64,000 nucleotides of DNA from Escherichia phage vB_EcoM_WFC: sequence record NC_048195.1; one strand, 5' to 3'. The position numbers and the translations under genes are program-made. A model generated the notes under the pieces. The model did not search any database and had not been told where the DNA came from. It saw only the letters and a list, made by a program, of their open reading frames with translations. This document shows, piece after piece, positions 55,504 through 63,470 of the stretch (its first letter is position 1; every line of letters starts with the position of its first letter).

Positions 55504-55887
55504 ATGAGAATGAAGCGTTGCCCTTACTGCCACGATGTGGTGCACCTTCCACACGAAGAGTTTGTGCACCACATGACTAACTGTGATAAGAATCCTAATA
55601 GCGAAAGCCAACTTGAAGAAAGAATGTTCTTGGTGTCATTCAAAGCTTCTGCTTATGAAGTGCAACGTTCTTACGGCGCACCAAGTACGATTTACTGTCC
55701 AACAACATTGAGAAGCGACATCGACTCAATTCAGCTTGCGGCCTGGATTAACGTTAAGGAAGGAATCACGCCGCACTTTATTGCGCGCATCCAATCTCAG
55801 ATTCTACAAATCAAGCGCGAATACAACCGTGACATCACTGAAGTGAAGGTGTTGTCTATCACACCGATGAATAAGGAGTTGCCGTGA
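55504..55887 (+). CDS. small Cys/His zinc-finger-like protein (paralog b)
   Basis: 127 aa from ATG 55504; N-terminus MRMKRCPYCHDVVHLPHEEFVHHMTNCDKNPNSES matches the adjacent paralog. Confidence 0.45.
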   Translation: MRMKRCPYCHDVVHLPHEEFVHHMTNCDKNPNSESQLEERMFLVSFKASAYEVQRSYGAPSTIYCPTTLRSDIDSIQLAAWINVKEGITPHFIARIQSQILQIKREYNRDITEVKVLSITPMNKELP

Positions 55888-56144
55888 ACAAGGGTCCGAT
55901 GACTAAGTTAGCCGTTGCCGCGCGGAAGCTTCGACAAGCCGTTAATGGGTCGCGGCCCGTGGTGTTAACACTCGACGATGCAAAGGCACTGGTAGAGCTA
56001 CTCGACGAGCACAACCGACGCAAGAATCTGGAGAACACATTACGCTGGCGCGTTACTCCGAAAGGGCGGGAGAGCGAGAAGAAAGCTTACTTGCGACGCA
56101 AACTAAGGTCAGTCGGCCTCCACGAAGAGGCGAAGAATATTTAA
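55884..56144 (+). CDS. hypothetical protein (86 aa)
   Basis: GTG start preceded by AAGGAG. Confidence 0.4.
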   Translation: MNKGPMTKLAVAARKLRQAVNGSRPVVLTLDDAKALVELLDEHNRRKNLENTLRWRVTPKGRESEKKAYLRRKLRSVGLHEEAKNI

Positions 56145-56150
56145 TTCAAA

Positions 56151-56194
56151 AAGGTGAGCTAAATGCTTGCCTTTTTATTTGCCTGTATTATACT
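56151..56194 (+). promoter_or_regulatory. hairpin-plus-promoter cassette (copy 2)
   Basis: Same hairpin as copy 1 (56151-56173); TTGCCT (56167-56172), 16-nt spacer, TATACT (56189-56194). Confidence 0.45.
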
Positions 56195-56215
56195 TAGTTC
56201 ATCAAGCAAAGGAGA

Positions 56216-56524
56216 ATGATTATGAGTTACGACGAAAGGTTTGGCAGAAGCGGATTATTTCATGACGCTGTACACAAAGACAGCAAAGATGTTGTCTGCG
56301 CATTCAAGGTTGATTCTTACGGTACACTGAAACCTTTTAAGGTCGGCGAAACATACAAGCTGTTTCACGGCTGGTTGACGCGTCGCAACAACTTGCCTGA
56401 CATGGAAGTCTGGTGGATAGAATACAAGGGTCAGGCTCATCGTTGCAAGGTTGTAGAGGTGCGCGGCGTGGAATACTATCAATCTGTTATCAGCGGCTTT
56501 GTTTTTAAAGAGGGTGAGCTATGA
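56216..56524 (+). CDS. hypothetical protein (102 aa)
   Basis: AAGGAG RBS; early array. Confidence 0.45.
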   Translation: MIMSYDERFGRSGLFHDAVHKDSKDVVCAFKVDSYGTLKPFKVGETYKLFHGWLTRRNNLPDMEVWWIEYKGQAHRCKVVEVRGVEYYQSVISGFVFKEGEL

Positions 56525-56826
56525 GTACAGAAGCGATGAAGAAAAAGATTTTGAACGCTTTGCAAGAAGCCGTGAACTGTGGTGCAATTAAAACCTTTAC
56601 TGAAAGGCAAGTCGGTGAGGTGACGGTGCACGGATTCAATAATAACAAAAACGGAATTGCTGCCATAATGCTGTTGAAGAACAGCGATGACACATTCATC
56701 ATTTACGTCGGCGGATATGAGCTTATCGTTGATGATTTGTTCATCACTTGCGCTGACGGCCTTAACCCAATGTTAACGTTCGAGCGGCGCGGCATCCGTG
56801 TTGCAACGTTTGGAGGGAAGTTATGA
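56521..56826 (+). CDS. hypothetical protein (101 aa)
   Basis: AGGGTGAG RBS; N-terminal AVNCGAI segment shared with the 57004 protein. Confidence 0.45.
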   Translation: MSTEAMKKKILNALQEAVNCGAIKTFTERQVGEVTVHGFNNNKNGIAAIMLLKNSDDTFIIYVGGYELIVDDLFITCADGLNPMLTFERRGIRVATFGGKL

Positions 56827-56987
56827 CATCAAATCTTAAAGCCCGTTTATTATTCATCAAGCCGCATGTGCCGTATAAGATTAGTAAGCGCACCTGGCTT
56901 AACATTTACAACCGCAGCGGCGACCGTTGTTTGTACAAGGCAAAGCGGCGCAAGAAGGTATATTCTTACACAACATCAATCAAATAA
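56823..56987 (+). CDS. small basic protein (54 aa)
   Basis: ATGA coupling with the upstream stop; Lys/Arg-rich. Confidence 0.35.
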   Translation: MTSNLKARLLFIKPHVPYKISKRTWLNIYNRSGDRCLYKAKRRKKVYSYTTSIK

Positions 56988-57003
56988 ATAGGATAAGACA
57001 ACA

Positions 57004-57507
57004 ATGAAAATCGAACAACTCGAAGCAGTACTGGAAATGGCTGTAAAGGCTGGCGCAATCAGAAGCTATAGCCGCGAGAAGTCGGAAAACGATATGGTGT
57101 TTTGTCGCAACTTCTATATCGTCGGCAACCTTAACGACCACTACACCATCGAGTGGTATATTAACATGATGACGCTTAAGTCGCGCACCATGGAGCTTTG
57201 GTGCGATGACATTTGCTTATCCAACACCCATCCATCCTACGACGTTGCATTGGCATTCTATTACGGAAGCCGTCAACCTGTCGCCCACATCGGTGAGAAG
57301 CATGAGCATCTTAAGGCGCGACCAGAGGAATCAATGGAAGGCTGGATTGAATGGGCTGGAGGAAAGAATCCGGTGCCTGGTAAGAAGGTCATGTTGATGT
57401 GGAGGAATGAAGAAAAGTCGTCGTATTCGTCCAATTCAGAGGGATGGCTATGGCATCACAACGGAAGCGTTTATGACATCATAAAGTATCGCGTCGTGGA
57501 GGAATGA
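57004..57507 (+). CDS. hypothetical protein (167 aa) with C-terminal WxGGxNPVPGK module
   Basis: C-terminal EGWIEWAGGKNPVPGKKV ... YRVVEE shared with the 58791 protein. Confidence 0.45.
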   Translation: MKIEQLEAVLEMAVKAGAIRSYSREKSENDMVFCRNFYIVGNLNDHYTIEWYINMMTLKSRTMELWCDDICLSNTHPSYDVALAFYYGSRQPVAHIGEKHEHLKARPEESMEGWIEWAGGKNPVPGKKVMLMWRNEEKSSYSSNSEGWLWHHNGSVYDIIKYRVVEE

Positions 57508-57848
57508 TGGAAGAACAAGAAGGCCGTGAGCTGACATTCGATGAACAGATGGCCGAACTTCAGCGCACATCGCCGCTGCGCGGTAAGGTTGTTGACATTG
57601 AGGCGAGCGAATCCAATCTCACCAAGTGGCGGCTCAAGTGCACCAGCACAAGCAAGGATATGTTAAGCTTCAAAGTCGGTCAGACTTATTTGCTTTATGA
57701 GGCAAAAGGACTTATTATTGATGGAAGGCAAATTGTCTTCACGGTTGTCAACGGCATGCGTTGGTTCGTGAAGCGTGATGTCGAGGGACGTGACATGTTT
57801 GTCGCAGGCTTTCCAGAAGCAAGATTCCAATTGGAGAAGGTTAAATGA
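57504..57848 (+). CDS. hypothetical protein (114 aa)
   Basis: Start overlaps the upstream stop. Confidence 0.45.
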   Translation: MMEEQEGRELTFDEQMAELQRTSPLRGKVVDIEASESNLTKWRLKCTSTSKDMLSFKVGQTYLLYEAKGLIIDGRQIVFTVVNGMRWFVKRDVEGRDMFVAGFPEARFQLEKVK

Positions 57849-58171
57849 AATTGAAATGGTACGTGGACCCTGAGCCGACAGGCTCATACAGGTCATTCCA
57901 ACGTCGCGGCTGGCCGATTTGTTACAGCGGCAATCCCGATAAAGAAGACTGCGAGATGATCGCCGCGATAGTAAGTCTTAACCATGACGGCTATGAAGGC
58001 CACTACGCGAGAGCAACCAACCTTCGGCTCAAGGTGCGCATCCATTTCAAGGTCGCAGGCAAGGACCGCACCGGACTCTCCAAGGAAGAGTTCAGCAGCA
58101 TTGCCGAAGCAAAGGCATGGCTCAAGGCATTCTACAAGGCCAATCCTAAATTTTATCCAGTCAAGGAATAA
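57845..58171 (+). CDS. hypothetical protein (108 aa)
   Basis: Start overlaps the upstream stop. Confidence 0.45.
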   Translation: MKLKWYVDPEPTGSYRSFQRRGWPICYSGNPDKEDCEMIAAIVSLNHDGYEGHYARATNLRLKVRIHFKVAGKDRTGLSKEEFSSIAEAKAWLKAFYKANPKFYPVKE

Positions 58172-58174
58172 GTG

Positions 58175-58579
58175 ATGAATCAACATAAAGAACGTTTAGA
58201 AGAACTGGTGCGCGGCGAGCTTTACGGCGGCGATGACTCACTGTTCAAGTTAAGCGATGCGGTTGTCAACGAGTACGTGCACGGACTGGTCGACCCGCAA
58301 GGCCGTTTCCCTTATCCGCGAGATTACTGCAACGACATCACAGCAGCTTGGCCCGTGATGCTTGCCAATGATGTCAGCGTCGTGCGAAACTGCGGCAACA
58401 AAGAACCAAACCGTGACTACTCGGCTTACGTCGCGTTGGACGCCATGGACATTGCATCATTTAAATGCAGCGGCAGCCACGACAACCCGTTACGCGCCGC
58501 TATGCATGTAATCATTAAGTTGCACGTGAGCAAGGGCGAAGGTGCAGTGGCAACCGTTTATGAGAAGGTGAAATTATGA
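58175..58579 (+). CDS. hypothetical protein (134 aa)
   Basis: First ATG taken (ORF track starts at GTG 58172). Confidence 0.45.
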   Translation: MNQHKERLEELVRGELYGGDDSLFKLSDAVVNEYVHGLVDPQGRFPYPRDYCNDITAAWPVMLANDVSVVRNCGNKEPNRDYSAYVALDAMDIASFKCSGSHDNPLRAAMHVIIKLHVSKGEGAVATVYEKVKL

Positions 58580-58794
58580 CCGATAAACAATACGCAGTCG
58601 GGCAACGTGACATCGAGCAACTCGACGAGGGCGGCTATTATACTCGCCACATCTATGCAATGACGCATGAAGGACTCTACAGCAAGTCGGACATTGCCGC
58701 TGAACTGGCCCATCGTGACTTGCAAATTGACCTTCTCAAGATAGAAGTGCAAAACTTACGCAACACCCTGTTAAATACCTGGAGCTTAAAATGA
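58576..58794 (+). CDS. hypothetical protein (72 aa)
   Basis: GAAGGTG RBS. Confidence 0.45.
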   Translation: MTDKQYAVGQRDIEQLDEGGYYTRHIYAMTHEGLYSKSDIAAELAHRDLQIDLLKIEVQNLRNTLLNTWSLK

Positions 58795-59192
58795 TCAATC
58801 GATTTAACTGCATCGTCAACAAGGGGATGGCGGTCAATGAGGATGGTCCTTGGATTCACTATGAGGACTATGAATCACTGCTCAAGCTTAATGAGTCGCT
58901 AACAAAAGAGATTGAGCAATACCGCGAGCGCATCAAAGCCGCTGAAGATGTTATCAAGCTTTTTAGCGAGGCTGTTGAGAAATACAAGGAGCGCAACGTA
59001 CCGATTAAGGAGGAAGCGTGGACCGTGTGGTTTGGTGGTGAGAATCCGGTGCCTGGGAAGATGGTTGAGTTTGAATTACTCAACGGTTATAAATCAAAAG
59101 GTGCTGTTCCTTCGGATAGTTTGACATGGGATAAAGTCACAAGCCCGACTGGTGCAAAGATTGTTGCTTATCGGGTCGTTAAGGAGGGGTGA
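58791..59192 (+). CDS. hypothetical protein (133 aa) with C-terminal WxGGxNPVPGK module
   Basis: GGAG RBS; C-terminal WTVWFGGENPVPGKMV ... YRVVKEG. Confidence 0.45.
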   Translation: MINRFNCIVNKGMAVNEDGPWIHYEDYESLLKLNESLTKEIEQYRERIKAAEDVIKLFSEAVEKYKERNVPIKEEAWTVWFGGENPVPGKMVEFELLNGYKSKGAVPSDSLTWDKVTSPTGAKIVAYRVVKEG

Positions 59193-59725
59193 TGGGTAAC
59201 GATGCAGGATGGGGCAAGCCGCGATACTCAAAACTTGCCCACTACTTTGACAACGGCGAGCAAATCAGCTTGTGCGGTAAATTCAACAAAGGCAATACAG
59301 AGTTGACCGATGCTCAAGAAATGGAATCAAGTTTTACAATTGGTGATTGCTCTAAGTGCAGAAAGGCATTATATGAGTTATTAACTCTAAGGGGATTGAA
59401 AGCGGCAAAATCAAGGGATGAATGGGTCATCAACGTCTGTGAAGGGAATCCAGAATTAATGGATGAATTGCTGAAAACAGATGCCGTTAATGCCATTTTT
59501 AAAAGGCATTATAAAACTTGTATGCGTTACAAGATGAATGATAATATTATTTTTATGGTATTATCTTATTCAAGGAGCACAATGGACGTCAAAAAGCTTC
59601 GACAATATCGTCACAAGGTAATGTGTGAATTGCGCCGTTTAGGAGTGACTGTTGATAATAATGTCATTAAAACGGAGTTAAAGAAGCGTGATAAAAGGAA
59701 TGGTGACTGGAAGGTCAGCAGATAA
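59192..59725 (+). CDS. hypothetical protein (177 aa)
   Basis: AAGGAGG RBS; last gene of the early array. Confidence 0.45.
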   Translation: MGNDAGWGKPRYSKLAHYFDNGEQISLCGKFNKGNTELTDAQEMESSFTIGDCSKCRKALYELLTLRGLKAAKSRDEWVINVCEGNPELMDELLKTDAVNAIFKRHYKTCMRYKMNDNIIFMVLSYSRSTMDVKKLRQYRHKVMCELRRLGVTVDNNVIKTELKKRDKRNGDWKVSR

Positions 59726-60017
59726 AGAACGTTGATTTGTGTGTTTTGAAGAATGGAATGTGTGCAATGGGTCGCTTTATGCGGCCTTTTGTTGTTTGGG
59801 TCGTGTTTTGCGATGGAATAATTATGAGGTTGTGTTTTATTTATTAATTGTGCGGAAATATTTAGAAATATATATAAACAGGATTGTTAATATTTTAATA
59901 GTGTATGGCTATTGGTCCGTGGTGTTCGTTAGATTCTATCTATGGATTGGATTTTCTTGGGTCGTGAAACGTGGTTTTGAACACATTTGATACGCCTAAA
60001 ATACGGTTAAAAATTAA

Positions 60018-60347
60018 GCGTATCATGGCTGCAGGCCGCGCCGTTCCTGGATTCCTATTTTCAAAAGTGGTACACCCTTACGTCATGATACGTCATGGTT
60101 TTCTATCCGTAAGAGTGTACAGCCCTTGCCGCGCCTGGCTTGTACATTAATCTTACGGATGATACGGATAAAACTGAGCATCGTTATATATAGAATTCGA
60201 AAAATTAATTAACTCCATTTTAAAAACATTTATATTAATTTTTTTCATATCCTCATACTTATGTTAATTTATATATTTAACGTATTATCCGTAAGATATA
60301 AGTAAAAACAAAGACTTGCGGCAATACGGATGATACGTCATGATACG
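60018..60347. repeat. iteron-like TACGGATGATACG repeats flanking an AT-rich core (region B)
   Basis: CGTCATGATACGTCATG (about 60080-60097), CTTACGGATGATACGGATA (60152-60170), ATCCGTAAG copies near 60104 and 60287, AATACGGATGATACGTCATGATACG (60323-60347); AT-rich core 60180-60280. Confidence 0.6.
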
Positions 60348-60512
60348 CTTCGACCAGCCAGCAGCGGCTAAGTCATTGATTTGCATAACAAGCGGCAAAA
60401 GGGATGGATTTCTTTTATACGTATCAAACAGTACACCACGCACCACGGTCCGCAATCCACGCAGCATTATGATTTGTGTACTTTTATAGCCATAATGAAC
60501 ATCAATCTGCAC

Positions 60513-60541
60513 TTGAATATAATGTCCATCCATTGTATAAT
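60513..60541 (+). promoter_or_regulatory. sigma70-like promoter upstream of the TerS-like gene
   Basis: TTGAAT (60513-60518), 17-nt spacer, TATAAT (60536-60541). Confidence 0.45.
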
Positions 60542-60561
60542 TCACACTATTAATTTGCACT

Positions 60562-61050
60562 ATGGGATTTTGCACTATGAGTCAAGATTATGTAGCGATG
60601 CCTGAAGACTTTGAAGACCCGCGATTCGCAGAGCACAATCAGGCTTTATTCGATGAGTTCATTGACCTTGTTATTCAGGGCCATGACATGCGCGCAGCTT
60701 TTGCACTAGTATTTGGAATGGAAGTTGCAACGGATAACTACACTGGCCAGCGAATCCTTTGCACGCAACGCAATCCATACTACAAGATGCGCTTCAAAAA
60801 GCGTATGGAAGAGATGCCACTCAAGGATTTGTGGAGCGTAAAAGGTGCAATTCACAATTTGGTCAAGCTTGTGCGTGATCCAGAAGTCGCGGCGTCAGCC
60901 AAGCTTAATGCTATTCGTGAACTGAATATCATCTACGGCATCACGATGATTGATGAAAACGGCAATAGTAAAATGGGCCGTTCCATGGACGATTTCTACA
61001 AGGATTTCGGAGAGGCGGCCAAAGAAGGCGAGCAATTTTCCCGCCACTAG
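60562..61050 (+). CDS. putative terminase small subunit (HTH-type)
   Basis: 162 aa; GHDMRAAFALVFGME ... QRILCTQRNPYYKMRFKKRMEE and later KLNAIRELNIIYGI resemble small-terminase patterns from memory; alternative ATG at 60577. Confidence 0.45.
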   Translation: MGFCTMSQDYVAMPEDFEDPRFAEHNQALFDEFIDLVIQGHDMRAAFALVFGMEVATDNYTGQRILCTQRNPYYKMRFKKRMEEMPLKDLWSVKGAIHNLVKLVRDPEVAASAKLNAIRELNIIYGITMIDENGNSKMGRSMDDFYKDFGEAAKEGEQFSRH

Positions 61051-61052
61051 CC

Positions 61053-61448
61053 AATTTGCACTATAAAACGGCCCTAGAACACATTTTCTCCACTTCTAGG
61101 GCCATCGGTAATACGACGGGGAAGGTTGCAACCATAAACGCGTTAGAAAGTGTATTATTATAAGTCATCTTTTAGTCACTTTACGTAACAATTTACGACC
61201 TTCAACCGTCCAATCGAACGACTCCACCAGCAGATTCGCACTATAACCTAAGACGATGCGCCCTTTCTCGTTATCGACCCGCCAACAAGTCTCGAATAGC
61301 ATTCGATTTGCACTATTAACTATTGCCGCAACTCGCGTAGGATAAGCGCAATTTGCACTATGGTCGTAAAGGGATAAGGTGCGACCACTTCCGATGGACA
61401 ACGTAGCGATGAGAATAAGCGTATTCATAAGCCACCAATTTGCACTAT
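61053..61448 (+). repeat. array of same-orientation (A)ATTTGCACTAT motifs
   Basis: Copies at 61053-61064, 61233-61244 (TTCGCACTAT variant), 61305-61316, 61350-61361, 61437-61448; further copies at 60552-60563, 60569-60578, 61734-61745, 61748-61759, 62021-62032. Confidence 0.6.
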
Positions 61449-61478
61449 GAAAAGCGACCCCGAAGGGCCGCCATTCGA

Positions 61479-62105
61479 TTAGATAATCTGGAAGGTATAG
61501 GACTTGTTGCCGAACTCGAAGTTCAAGCGTCCAGCTTCTTTAAGCTTCATGCGGAAGCGAATGTGCTTGCTATCCGGTAAGCCCAGCGCGGCGAACGCTA
61601 CGCGGACCGATTTGAACTCGCCTACACCCTCGACCATAACGCCGTTACGGGTAAGACGCTTTTGCGCCACTTCCTTATTATCCCAACTTTTTGCAATGCC
61701 TTCGCTATTCGAACGGCGATGGGAAGGAGTTCCATTTTGCACTACGCAATTTGCACTATCGTTTAAACCGCTCTTAACGAAGGCTTCATACTCTTCGTCG
61801 GTCATCGCGTCGAGTTCTTCCTGCGTCGGCTCGGCCTTTTTAACGACCGCACGCGCCTTATGCGTTTTTACATCGCTGGACACTTCCTCGCGAGACTTCG
61901 CGTCGGGGATGGGCGATTCGTTGGACGGCTCATCGAGCGCGTTTAAGGACTCGATTAACGCTATTACGCGAGTCTCGGCGGTCCGGCGGTCCGCAAATTT
62001 TTTAATCGGCTTCGAACCGGAATTTGCATTATAAAATGCAACGAGGTCGGCGGTCTTAGTTGCGATAACGTCGCCGCTAGTCGAGAAACGATTTAAGCTA
62101 ACCAT
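61479..62105 (-). CDS. hypothetical protein (208 aa)
   Basis: Minus-strand ORF in the CpG-rich block; second gene of an operon driven from about 62570. Confidence 0.45.
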   Translation of the reverse strand: MVSLNRFSTSGDVIATKTADLVAFYNANSGSKPIKKFADRRTAETRVIALIESLNALDEPSNESPIPDAKSREEVSSDVKTHKARAVVKKAEPTQEELDAMTDEEYEAFVKSGLNDSANCVVQNGTPSHRRSNSEGIAKSWDNKEVAQKRLTRNGVMVEGVGEFKSVRVAFAALGLPDSKHIRFRMKLKEAGRLNFEFGNKSYTFQII

Positions 62106-62185
62106 AATGAACTCCTATTTGTTAGGGCGCTAGGCGCGAAAGAATTTTATTAAAGCGCCGCGCACGACGCTCTAAAAATCCTCTC

Positions 62186-62500
62186 TTACTCTTCGTCATC
62201 TTCGATTAATTCGAGGGCGAAGGCGTAAGCTTTGCTATCGTAATTAACTAAAACGGCGAGTTCGAACTCGTTAATAAACGCCGTTTTACCGCATAAATTT
62301 AATTCCGCATCGACTTCGAAGAATCCGTTTTCGTCGCGCTCTAAGCGAGAAGCAGCGAGTTGCTCGATTACCGTCGCGTCGTTAATTTCTTCGCCTAAGC
62401 GAACGCCGGAGAATTTCGCGAGAATTTCGCCGTAAGTAAGCGTAACGCCCTGGACTTCGGCGGTTGCGTTTTCGAGGGTAAAGCGGGTAACGATAGCCAT
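62186..62500 (-). CDS. hypothetical acidic protein (104 aa)
   Basis: AGGAG RBS upstream on the minus strand; CpG-rich codon usage. Confidence 0.45.
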   Translation of the reverse strand: MAIVTRFTLENATAEVQGVTLTYGEILAKFSGVRLGEEINDATVIEQLAASRLERDENGFFEVDAELNLCGKTAFINEFELAVLVNYDSKAYAFALELIEDDEE

Positions 62501-62568
62501 AATAAACTCCTAGTTGGGAGAGGCGTTAACGACCTATTCGTTAACTCATCCCGTCCCGATATGAGTAC

Positions 62569-62596
62569 ATTATAATATAGTGTAGAAAAAAGTAAA
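62569..62596 (-). promoter_or_regulatory. sigma70-like promoter (family copy 1, minus strand)
   Basis: On the minus strand: AAAAAGTGC TTTACT, 16-nt spacer containing TACACT, TATAAT. Confidence 0.5.
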
Positions 62597-62640
62597 GCAC
62601 TTTTTCGATAAAAATGCGATAAATTATTTTATCTTTTTTC

Positions 62641-62668
62641 TTTACTTCTTCGTACACTCGCGTATACT
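62641..62668 (+). promoter_or_regulatory. sigma70-like promoter (family copy 2)
   Basis: TTTACT (62641-62646), 16-nt spacer TCTTCGTACACTCGCG, TATACT (62663-62668). Confidence 0.5.
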
Positions 62669-62724
62669 TGTTTATATCGAGACGGGCGATGGCCCTTTCT
62701 TCTACTAGCATCGGGAGCTTTATT

Positions 62725-63027
62725 ATGACTACTTTAATCTCTTCCATCCTTACTTACGACGAAGACCGCTTAACCGTTCGCTCTCTTATCGCCGCCGTTA
62801 ACGCGGAACTAGAATCTAGCGCCATTAAGGTCCGCGCGGTCGCCTTCATCGGCCTTTCCTTCGACGATATGAAGTATGCCGAACGTAGCGCCATCCGCTT
62901 CGCGAAGACCGACGACGAAGCCGTTACCCTTATCGAGACGGTTACGCCGCGCGGCGAAGCGTTAATTATCGTCGAGTATATCGACGTAGAAGGCGATAAA
63001 TCTTATAAACATTTTATCGCAGAATAA
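62725..63027 (+). CDS. hypothetical protein (100 aa)
   Basis: ATG 62725 preceded by GGGAG; the ORF-track TTG start at 62668 lies inside the promoter; CpG-rich. Confidence 0.45.
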   Translation: MTTLISSILTYDEDRLTVRSLIAAVNAELESSAIKVRAVAFIGLSFDDMKYAERSAIRFAKTDDEAVTLIETVTPRGEALIIVEYIDVEGDKSYKHFIAE

Positions 63028-63039
63028 CGAAAAAAGTGC

Positions 63040-63068
63040 TTTACTTCTTCGTACACTAAGACTATAAT
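63040..63068 (+). promoter_or_regulatory. sigma70-like promoter (family copy 3)
   Basis: AAAAAGTGC TTTACT (63040-63045), 17-nt spacer TCTTCGTACACTAAGAC, TATAAT (63063-63068). Confidence 0.5.
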
Positions 63069-63135
63069 GTTTTATATCGAGAGGGGATGAGGTAGCGAAT
63101 AGGTCGCTACCCTCCCGACTAACTAGGAGAATATT

Positions 63136-63426
63136 ATGATTACTTTAGCCGCTATCCGTTCCGCTCGCGTCGAAACTTCCGAAAACTCTAACGTATTTGG
63201 CGAAAAACTTAAAAACGTTTATCTTTTTAACGTAGATGCGACTATCGAGGAGCTTCATAGTCCTATCGATTTTAGCGAATTTACGGAACTCGAAGAGGAA
63301 GATATTTCTACCTTCCGCGTTACTATCGAAGGCAAGGTTTATTTTGCTACGGAGTTCGGCGGCGAATATCTCGCGGTATCCGAAGGCGAAGGCCGTTACT
63401 CTTTCTTTAAAATCGTTTCCTTATAA
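63136..63426 (+). CDS. hypothetical acidic protein (96 aa)
   Basis: AGGAG RBS; CpG-rich; followed by a terminator. Confidence 0.45.
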   Translation: MITLAAIRSARVETSENSNVFGEKLKNVYLFNVDATIEELHSPIDFSEFTELEEEDISTFRVTIEGKVYFATEFGGEYLAVSEGEGRYSFFKIVSL

Positions 63427-63446
63427 TACCCATCCGTTACTAATAG

Positions 63447-63470
63447 GCCGCGCTTAGTCGCGGCTTTTCT
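63447..63470 (+). terminator. intrinsic terminator
   Basis: GCCGCG CTTAGT CGCGGC hairpin followed by TTTTCTT. Confidence 0.6.

Noticed and set aside
59739-59990. 83-aa + strand ORF from the six-frame track
   Set aside because: Lies in a GT-rich, repeat-like intergenic stretch; the predicted protein is dominated by V/F/W/Y/C/R with no RBS or neighbouring gene coupling. Treated as non-coding.
61165-61428. 87-aa minus-strand ORF
   Set aside because: It overlays the TTTGCACTAT iteron array; the reading frame is most likely a by-product of the repeats.
61053-61448. CRISPR array hypothesis for the TTTGCACTAT and CCGTATCAT repeats
   Set aside because: Repeat units are only 9-12 nt with irregular spacing (45-180 nt) and no Cas genes are present; the architecture fits iterons or binding sites, not a CRISPR array.
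62541-62747. 68-aa minus-strand ORF
   Set aside because: It spans the divergent promoter pair (62569-62668), and its sequence is AT-rich promoter DNA.
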